Shown: one piece after another, positions 40,477 through 48,348 of the stretch | Position numbering within the stretch: the first letter of the stretch is position 1 | How the letters are laid out: each line of letters begins with the position of its first letter | NCBI GenBank assembly: GCA_029856155.1 | Contig: JAHQWL010000085.1 | Location: 29,846-93,845, forward strand | Direction of reading: 5' to 3' | Length of the DNA: 64,000 bases | Source: Promethearchaeia archaeon | GTDB lineage: Archaea; Asgardarchaeota; Lokiarchaeia; Sigyniarchaeales; SOKP01 | Notes under the pieces: model-generated | Told to the model about the DNA's origin: nothing | Database searches by the model: none | What the model saw: the letters and a program-made list of their open reading frames with translations, nothing else | Translations under genes and position numbers: made by a program

Positions 40477-42060
40477 TCAGTTGGTTATTTTTACAGGTTT
40501 AGTTTCCTTTCTCACAAGAGGAATTATTTCCTTTTCGTTTCCACCAATTTTCGGTTTACTTGTAAATAAGGGTTTACCTGCTTTTCCTCTCGCCATAATT
40601 TCTGCCATTTCTTCAGATATAATTGATTGCGTGACTCCCATCGACATAAGCATCTCTCTGCCACTCCTAATCACTGTTTTAGCAAAACGCGGTATATTTC
40701 GCGTCATCCAATTGAATTTACCAAATGGATTACCATATCTTTTTATGAGCATTTTAAGCCAACCCTTACTAAGATAATAAGCAGAATACGCTTCACCCAC
40801 TAGTTGATACATTTCATTACTGCTTAGTTGTTCTGTACGCATCATAGGATGAAACAAATCATAATGCCGATAATCATTACTCGTAATCATATTTTTTTCT
40901 AACATTTCATTATAAAAGTCAGTTCCGGGAAAAGCTGTAATTGGTGTGAATTGAATACAACTCAAATTAAGTGATTTTGCATATTGAATATTTTGTCTTA
41001 CCATGGTTTTAGTTTCCCCTGGAAATCCAATGATCACGCCGCCAAAAATTGAAATTCCACGGTCCTGAAGCAATGAAACAACCTTTCTAACCATATCAGG
41101 AGTAGTATTTTGCTTATTCATTGCATCAAGGCTTTGTTGATGAACTGATTCGATCCCGAGAAAAACTTGTCTCATACCTGCTTTATGCATTAAATCAATT
41201 AACCAAGGATTTCTGTATAGCGAATCAACTCGGGATTGGCAAGAGAAAAGCATTTTATTAGGAACTCCTGAACGGATTATGGTTTCAAGAATCTCTTTTG
41301 TACGTTTTATTTTAATAGTAAAATTATCTTCACAGAAAAAGATAAAATCATTTTTCAAATCAATACTATAGATTTCTTGCATTATTCTTTTAGTAGATTT
41401 AGTTCTATAAGTTACGGCACGATCTGAATTTCTCCACATTTTTATGATACAACAGAATTTACAATTATGTGGACAACCTCGTGAGGTTTCAAGTTGAGCG
41501 ACTCTTGCACCTAGATAAACATAATTTTTATCGTCTAATAAATCTCTACGAGGCATAGGAAAATTATCCAAATTAGGCTCTAATTTTCGATCTTTGTTAT
41601 GAACTACTTGTCCTTCTTTGTTTTTATATGAAATTCCATCTATATTTCTTAACGTGGTGTTGCCTTTGTTTCCATCTATATAATCCACAAGTTCATGAAA
41701 AGTGTGTTCTCCTTCTCCCCTAACTGCATAATCTATCGCAGGATGTTTTGCTACGTATTCAGGGACCAGGGTTGGCTGATATCCACCAATAATTGTAGTA
41801 CAGCCTTGTTCTTTAGCCATTTGAGCTACTTCAAATGCATGAGAGATTTGGGGTGTCATACTTGTGAGAGCTACTATGTCACTCTGATTCAATAATGAAT
41901 TGAATTTTCTCTCATTATATTTGTGGACTTTAAAATCGAATAATTTCGCATCATGTTGTGGAACCATTGCTGCAATTGAAATTAAACTTAAAGGAGGACC
42001 TTTAATTATTGCATCAAGACCAGAACTTAATCGGGCGGGATTAACATATAGAATCTTCAA
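40477..42060 (-). CDS. Cobalamin-binding radical SAM enzyme
   Basis: PPLSL, GGYQPT, RGEGE, TSRGCPHNCKFC, LGIES, GFPGET. Confidence 0.93.
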   Translation of the reverse strand: MKILYVNPARLSSGLDAIIKGPPLSLISIAAMVPQHDAKLFDFKVHKYNERKFNSLLNQSDIVALTSMTPQISHAFEVAQMAKEQGCTTIIGGYQPTLVPEYVAKHPAIDYAVRGEGEHTFHELVDYIDGNKGNTTLRNIDGISYKNKEGQVVHNKDRKLEPNLDNFPMPRRDLLDDKNYVYLGARVAQLETSRGCPHNCKFCCIIKMWRNSDRAVTYRTKSTKRIMQEIYSIDLKNDFIFFCEDNFTIKIKRTKEILETIIRSGVPNKMLFSCQSRVDSLYRNPWLIDLMHKAGMRQVFLGIESVHQQSLDAMNKQNTTPDMVRKVVSLLQDRGISIFGGVIIGFPGETKTMVRQNIQYAKSLNLSCIQFTPITAFPGTDFYNEMLEKNMITSNDYRHYDLFHPMMRTEQLSSNEMYQLVGEAYSAYYLSKGWLKMLIKRYGNPFGKFNWMTRNIPRFAKTVIRSGREMLMSMGVTQSIISEEMAEIMARGKAGKPLFTSKPKIGGNEKEIIPLVRKETKPVKITN

Positions 42061-42419
42061 CTTTTAATTCACCATATTTTTTTTGGTTTTTTTAGTTAGA
42101 TGCCTAATCTCCACTATCCATATATAAAACTGAATAGCATTAACAGAGGAGAAAAAGCATAGAGAAACCTTCAAAGATTTCTCAATAATCAAAACCTTAA
42201 ATATTAAATAGTAATCGATCTTTATAAACCTTTTGCTAAATCTACATAGCTGTAAAAAATACAAAGACGGCTTTAAAATGTAATATAGAAAAATCTAATA
42301 AATAATGACATAAAACAAATACAAATTGGGAATTTTGGTATTTTTGCTAACACTGAGGAAGAAATTAATAGATGAATAAAAAAGCTGTTGGACTAAATGC
42401 ATTTTGATAGCTCAAGACT

Positions 42420-43583
42420 TTATTTAAAATAACCAATAAGAGTATTTTTTATTAGTTCAAAATGACCTAAATGTACCTTAGAAAGGACTCCTAATGCTTC
42501 TCTAATACCTAATTTTTGAATTCTTTCAGTTATCTTAAAATAAGGTGATTCTTTGATTTCTTTTACTAATGCTTTATTTTTCTCAATATCTCCTAATAAG
42601 AATTCATTTGGATTTATTTGATGAATGCCTAGCATTCCTTGAATAATCGAAATTAACATTGTATCGAAAGTAATTCTTAAAATAATTTCATGATCAAAAT
42701 CTGAGTTTATAGGAAGAAGATAAGACTTAAGCATAGAAATTGATTCTTTAAAAAGTTCAAACGATTGTACTCCTAATTCTTTAATTCGATCATTATGAAC
42801 GCGATTTTCAGATGCTCTTAAACATAATGCTGATACTGTCTGATATTCTGCAACAAAATGTATAAATCTCGCTTTAGCATTAAGTAATGTATCCTTGGAT
42901 TCTACTTCATCTATTACATTATCTAAATCATCCAAAGCTTTTTTAAAGTTAGCGGCTATCTCAAAGAATTTCTTAGCAGAAGCTTCAAATTCTTTTCTAG
43001 ACAACAAATTGAACGCCCTTTTTTCTTCTAATTCATAAAGTTCATCAAATTTATGTATTTTCATTACCGCTTTTAAAATTAACCGTTTACCTTCGTCTTT
43101 TTTGAGTCTAGATCGTTCAAAAGATTGTCCCGCTTTTAGAAGGAGCACTGAAGATAAATTTCTATACTCTTCAGGATCAGTTTTATATAAATAATCTGCA
43201 GCGCTTTGCCAAGACTCTCCCGCAGTCTCCCAATCATGCATTCTAAAAGAAATATTTCCTAATTGAATTAATAATTTAGCAGATACTTCATATAGTTTTA
43301 ATTCTTCAGTTTTTCTAATAATTGATTTCAATCTATAAATAGCTTGAATATTATTCTTAAATCTTGAGATAATTTGAGCTATTCGTATAAATAATTCATC
43401 CAGTTTAATATAACTCCCAAGATCAAGGTAAATTGAAGCAGCTTTTTCATAGAAATTAATAGCTTCTTCTCCTTTTCCACGATCAGCGAGTGTTTCTGCT
43501 TGGTCTATTAACCTTACCGCTTCCAATTCTTTCTCATCATTATAGCGATTATTGATCATATTTTTTTCCTCACAAATAAGCAT
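42420..43583 (-). CDS. TPR/alpha-SNAP-like helical repeat protein
   Basis: Repeated A..YEKAASIY / AGESWQSAADY / LLKAGQSF / SAKKFFEIA helices. Confidence 0.65.
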   Translation of the reverse strand: MLICEEKNMINNRYNDEKELEAVRLIDQAETLADRGKGEEAINFYEKAASIYLDLGSYIKLDELFIRIAQIISRFKNNIQAIYRLKSIIRKTEELKLYEVSAKLLIQLGNISFRMHDWETAGESWQSAADYLYKTDPEEYRNLSSVLLLKAGQSFERSRLKKDEGKRLILKAVMKIHKFDELYELEEKRAFNLLSRKEFEASAKKFFEIAANFKKALDDLDNVIDEVESKDTLLNAKARFIHFVAEYQTVSALCLRASENRVHNDRIKELGVQSFELFKESISMLKSYLLPINSDFDHEIILRITFDTMLISIIQGMLGIHQINPNEFLLGDIEKNKALVKEIKESPYFKITERIQKLGIREALGVLSKVHLGHFELIKNTLIGYFK

Positions 43584-43724
43584 TTAGTAAATAACGGATT
43601 CAATTAAAATTTCTATACAATTTACATAGACTTAATTAAGATATTAAAACCTTAGTATTAATAGCTTTCTATCAATATTATGACTCTACACTTCTTTATA
43701 ATTAAATTTAAAAGTGTGGTTTTA

Positions 43725-44609
43725 TTAAAACTGTTTAAAGAGTTTTATATTTCTACTTTTTATTATGTCTCTGAATTCTATTGATTGATACACCGATGTA
43801 AATGATTCTTTTGCATCTTCAATCGCTCCGTAAAAAATAAAGTTGGAAACCCATGCTACAATAAACATAATACTAGCCCTCCTATATCGAGTGTGGAATT
43901 TAATATTCAAGCGTGGAGAGGAGTATTGAAAAAGAAAGAGATTTGCAGCTGTACCTACTGGAAGTTTCAAGGATGTACTTACTAGTTGTTGTGTCTCTAG
44001 TATATGAGCTAAGCTTTCCAAATTAACAACACCTCCATCAATCCAGAATTTTTCAACACCAATCTTATTCAATCCCTCGAGTATATTCATATTATTCGGT
44101 TGATTTCTTTCAGTAAGGTATGCATATCTCTGGGTTGAAGTCATGTTTTCTGAACTGAGAATTAAAATTACGGCAGATTCTATTTTGTATTTCCTAATAA
44201 TTTCTATTTCTTTCTTGTTTTTTAGATTTGAAATTGTATTGTAAATATATTGATCTGGTTTTATGCCAAGTTCTGCAAGATATTCGATCCCAGCTACTCT
44301 TGATTCGAAATTTCCACCAAGTATAAATGGAGGATCATAATGATCTAAGAAAAATTCTAAATAATTTCTCATTGATTTAGCAGATGTAGCTGATATTTCC
44401 ACTAAATTAGGAATTTTATATTTTTTAGATAATGATATGTGAGTATTAATACGTTTCATTGCTTTAGATGAATTAAAAACTTCAGGATTCTTCCTATCTA
44501 CAATAGTTTCATTCTGATAAAAAATTGTACCAATTAAAATTGGTGGTAATTCAAAATTTCCTTTTCCCAATTTTATATTCCCATAAGAATAATAATCAGA
44601 ATTATCCAT
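43725..44609 (-). CDS. mtrH: MtrH-like (tetrahydromethanopterin methyltransferase subunit H family) protein
   Basis: PPILIGTIFY, IYNTIS, LKLPVGTAAN, FIFYGAIE; no other mtr genes adjacent. Confidence 0.78.
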   Translation of the reverse strand: MDNSDYYSYGNIKLGKGNFELPPILIGTIFYQNETIVDRKNPEVFNSSKAMKRINTHISLSKKYKIPNLVEISATSAKSMRNYLEFFLDHYDPPFILGGNFESRVAGIEYLAELGIKPDQYIYNTISNLKNKKEIEIIRKYKIESAVILILSSENMTSTQRYAYLTERNQPNNMNILEGLNKIGVEKFWIDGGVVNLESLAHILETQQLVSTSLKLPVGTAANLFLFQYSSPRLNIKFHTRYRRASIMFIVAWVSNFIFYGAIEDAKESFTSVYQSIEFRDIIKSRNIKLFKQF

Positions 44610-44851
44610 CTTGGATCAGTTATTAATTATAATATTTAAAATAAGAATGAAAATTAAATTAATCTACTTGATTTCTTAAGACTCAATTCTTTTCAAAATT
44701 TTATTTATTTCTATGCTTATATCAAGATTAACCATTCTTATAATTTTCTTAAATCATAAGGAAATTTTAATAATAGAAATTAAATGTCTAAAAACTATTA
44801 ATTAATTGAGAAATATTAGGATTTTTTAAAATAAAAATAATATTAAAAAAA

Positions 44852-45100
44852 ATGAGTGAAGATAAAGTTTCCTATATTAATGTTGCAGCATATTTTTTAG
44901 CACAAAAGGGATATGCCTATGATAAATTGTGTTGGATGCTTGCTGAAAGGCAATTACTTTTTCAGAGAGACTCTAGATATAATCAAGAAGAAAGAATCAG
45001 AGAAAAAGCGGCAGAAATATTTTTTTCTGGCCCAGGTTATGACGTATTATGTTATTTGATATCAGAAATAGATATTATGATGAGATCAGGAAAAAAATAA
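44852..45100 (+). CDS. Standalone helical-repeat domain homologous to the C-terminal domain of the 16500..17336 gelsolin protein
   Basis: AAYFL...YDKLCWMLAE...IREKAAEIF...YDVLCYLISEIDI. Confidence 0.8.
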   Translation: MSEDKVSYINVAAYFLAQKGYAYDKLCWMLAERQLLFQRDSRYNQEERIREKAAEIFFSGPGYDVLCYLISEIDIMMRSGKK

Positions 45101-45218
45101 GAAATCAAAGGAAGAATCTAATCATCAATTTATTGGAATTATCTAAAAGAGTATAAAGTTTTATTTTCAATTAGATAATTTTAGAAAAGGATTTAATATT
45201 GATATACACACCAATTAT

Positions 45219-46424
45219 TTAATAAAGATGTAGTTTCACTTCACACTTTCTACAATGACCATCCTTTAATTTTTTAAAACAATCTTCATGATAAAGAGCG
45301 TTACATTGAAGATTACCACATTGAACTGCTGATTGACCTTTCTCAAAAATCAAATGACAAACCGGGCACGCATTAAATAAAGCTTCATCTCCAAGTATCC
45401 CCACATCTTGAATATATTTAGCAGGCATAAGATCAGGTTTTTTTGCTGTTTCTTCTTTCGAACCTTTTGTAAGAATACGTAATTTTTGAATTTGAGTGAC
45501 TTCTATAGGTATCTTCAAAAGGTAGAAACAATGTGGGCATCGGGCTGTGCCAGACCTTTTTATTTGATGATTTTTTTGAGAATCTGCCCATGCAGCTAAA
45601 CAATGTATATGAAAGGGTGTAGTACAATTAGGACAATATCTCCCAGTAACATAAAATGATCCTTTTGTATAAGGATTTTGATCAGAAAAGCAAATAGAAC
45701 ATTTTTTAAAATCACCTTCTCCACGTATCTGTTTTACACGTTGTTCTTGATCTTTTGTTAAATCCTGAACTCTCAGCAAATCTGCTGCAATTTTCCTAAG
45801 AAAAGCGGGGTTCTCGATAAGGACTTCTTTACTCGACCCATACGTTTTATAATTATCGTCAGCAATTTCTTGAGCCGATCTAATTAATGACTCAGGATCA
45901 TTATTATAAAAATTTCTACCCCCGGTTATGTCACTAATTTTTTTTAGTACATTATCTTTTCTTGTATTTCCAAGACCAAAAGTATCAATTCTGATATTTA
46001 AACCTTGAGCTAAACGCGCCATCTTTATAGGATCAGCTACAGTTCTCATATAATTCCCATCAGAGATCAGAACGATTCTAGGAGTTTTAGCACCAATCTT
46101 ACGCAATTCTGCTATAAGCGATTTAATTGATAACGCTAAAGCGTCACCCATAGCAGAATAACCACCACATTTAAGAGAATTTAAACCTTCAATGAGTTGA
46201 TTTTCAAAATTTGACGTAGTGAAGTCTATTATCTTTTTTGCTTTGTTAGAGTATTTTATTATAGAAAATGCACTTAAACTATCTAAATTAAACCTTTCTT
46301 TAATTAATGTTTTAATCGCAGATATACAGCATGTAAGTCGGTTAGGAGCAAAATCCTTTCTAAACATCGACCGTGATGTATCTATGCAAATTACTAGATT
46401 TTCGGGGATTCTATTCTCTGACAT
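45219..46424 (-). CDS. vWA domain plus two RING/PHD-like zinc fingers
   Basis: MIDAS DTSRS, LISDG; CSIC..CPNC..HIHC..CPHC and CPVC..C...C..HEDC..CRKC. Confidence 0.85.
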   Translation of the reverse strand: MSENRIPENLVICIDTSRSMFRKDFAPNRLTCCISAIKTLIKERFNLDSLSAFSIIKYSNKAKKIIDFTTSNFENQLIEGLNSLKCGGYSAMGDALALSIKSLIAELRKIGAKTPRIVLISDGNYMRTVADPIKMARLAQGLNIRIDTFGLGNTRKDNVLKKISDITGGRNFYNNDPESLIRSAQEIADDNYKTYGSSKEVLIENPAFLRKIAADLLRVQDLTKDQEQRVKQIRGEGDFKKCSICFSDQNPYTKGSFYVTGRYCPNCTTPFHIHCLAAWADSQKNHQIKRSGTARCPHCFYLLKIPIEVTQIQKLRILTKGSKEETAKKPDLMPAKYIQDVGILGDEALFNACPVCHLIFEKGQSAVQCGNLQCNALYHEDCFKKLKDGHCRKCEVKLHLY

Positions 46425-46645
46425 TTTATTTTAACAATTTTTAGTGTATGATTTTTACGTACTGAAATTGAACTATATGATTCAATCGATTTTTTATACT
46501 TTTATTAATTACTAATTAATTAATACTACTTCAATTAGATAAAGTTTTTTTTTACGAATATTAATATATATTTAATAATACCTTTTAGTACTAGTAAAGA
46601 TAAGGATATTAGTTAAAAGATAATTGAAAATAAATTTGATGCCTA

Positions 46646-47854
46646 ATGTCAGATAATAGTGGAAAGAGTTTAGCAATTAAGGATTTCTTCAAAAGGAACG
46701 TTCTTATTAATGATCTTGAAGAGGTTTTGAGATTTAAACCCGATACATTAATAGGTGTTGATAAAATTAGTTCGGATCAATTATTTGATAAAGGAATAAA
46801 AACAATTGAGGATTTAGCTAACTTGTCTGTCGCAAATCTCCCCGAAATAAAAGAAATACTACCAAGTATGCTACAAAAATGGGTGAAAATTGCACAGGTA
46901 ATTCAAAAGAATGTTAAAGAACAATTGAGGAGACATAAAAAATTATTAATGATCGGTTTAGATAATGGTGGTAAAACATCTATACTTGCAGTAGTTCAAG
47001 ATAAATTCTCAATTATTAAATCTCTTTTACCCACAAGGGGTGTAAAGAGGGAAAAGCTTGATTTTTTTGGGTATCCAATAATTTCATGGGACTTAGGAGG
47101 TCAAGTCCAGTATCGAGAAAAACTGTATTTTAATCGACCAGAGCTTTTTTTCACTGAAGCTGATATTATGCTATATGTTGTCGATAGTCAAGATCCAGAT
47201 AGAATTCCTGAAGCCGCTAATTATTTTCGGGAGGTTTTAAAAGTATTAGAAGAGCTTCACGAAATACCTCCAGTTTTAATAGTTTTAAGCAAAAGTGATC
47301 AAGATGCTCGTAAAACACTTCAATGGCAACAAACTGTAACAAGTATAAAAAATAAATTCAATAGTATTGTTCAGGAATTTGAAGAATTTTCAATTGATTA
47401 CTGCGATACGACGATTTTTCAAAGAGAAAGTATCATGCAAATGTTCAGTACTGCATTAAAGAAAGTATCTGACACCTCTGAAATAATAGAAAATATCCTC
47501 GAGGAGTTCACACATCAAGTAGAGGGAAAAGCTTCAAGTTTAGTTTCAATGGATGGTCTTATTTTCGGTAGTTATACTGGATCTGATACAGATGAAATGC
47601 TAGTAAATAACACAGCTTTATTACTACAAACGCTTTCAAATTTTTATAATTCAATAGGTTTAATAAGAGAAAAATCTATAAGACTAGATTTACCACTTAA
47701 TGGATTTACAATTCGAGGTGAAAAATTATTTGAGTACTCTGAATTGCAGATTCCTGTATATTTATGGATGCTTTCTCAAAATCCAGAATTGTTAGAGGGA
47801 AAAATCGAATACTTTAAAGAGCAATTACTTCCGTTGATTAATCTTTTCCTATAA
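46646..47854 (+). CDS. Arf-like small GTPase with N-terminal HhH and C-terminal roadblock/longin-like domain
   Basis: LIGVD..GIKTIEDLA; GLDNGGKTS, PTRG, WDLGGQ, SKSD; C-terminal SLVSMDGLIFGS. Confidence 0.85.
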   Translation: MSDNSGKSLAIKDFFKRNVLINDLEEVLRFKPDTLIGVDKISSDQLFDKGIKTIEDLANLSVANLPEIKEILPSMLQKWVKIAQVIQKNVKEQLRRHKKLLMIGLDNGGKTSILAVVQDKFSIIKSLLPTRGVKREKLDFFGYPIISWDLGGQVQYREKLYFNRPELFFTEADIMLYVVDSQDPDRIPEAANYFREVLKVLEELHEIPPVLIVLSKSDQDARKTLQWQQTVTSIKNKFNSIVQEFEEFSIDYCDTTIFQRESIMQMFSTALKKVSDTSEIIENILEEFTHQVEGKASSLVSMDGLIFGSYTGSDTDEMLVNNTALLLQTLSNFYNSIGLIREKSIRLDLPLNGFTIRGEKLFEYSELQIPVYLWMLSQNPELLEGKIEYFKEQLLPLINLFL

Positions 47855-47924
47855 ATCCATTAATATATTTATACTAATTTAAGATCTTAGTTTTACTTTT
47901 TATTTTTTTTTGATTGATTTTAGT

Positions 47925-48143
47925 TTACATCGACTCTAAATCCTTATATGCAGTAAGTAAAAACTCATTGCATTTATCTAACATTTCAACTGCCTTATCT
48001 AATTGTCCCACAATGGATTCTAATCCTTTTTCTATAGCAATATTCCGCCATTTTATAAAATTTTCTTTATGTGAATCATTATGATCTGCCCAATGTTTAC
48101 ATAATTTTGATAATTTTAAAATGTCTTTATCTTGTTTATCCAA
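47925..48143 (-). CDS. Small helical His-rich protein (HWxxHNxSH), possible Ni/metal-binding accessory protein downstream of cdhA
   Basis: KHWADHNDSH motif; position. Confidence 0.6.
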   Translation of the reverse strand: MDKQDKDILKLSKLCKHWADHNDSHKENFIKWRNIAIEKGLESIVGQLDKAVEMLDKCNEFLLTAYKDLESM

Positions 48144-48348
48144 AGTATCTCACATCTTTATTATTAAACAAATCTACTAATAAAAATATCCACTACCACA
48201 TTAATTTTTAGTTTTTCTATTTAGCTAAATTTAAATTACCCCAACTTATTATCAAATGATTCTCAAAAATGAAATTTCCTTGAGAAATATAATCGCATCT
48301 CAATTTGAATTAAAACTAAAAAAAAGAAGAATAAAAAATTATATAAAA

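Noticed and set aside
40477-42060. Assigning the B12 radical SAM enzyme to tetraether lipid modification (Grs/Gms-like)
   Set aside because: Family motifs alone cannot resolve the subfamily; phylogeny is needed.
42064-42400. 66-aa ORF and short protein-like fragments between the radical SAM and TPR genes
   Set aside because: No motif or RBS and multiple stops; likely promoter DNA or unrecognisable remnants.
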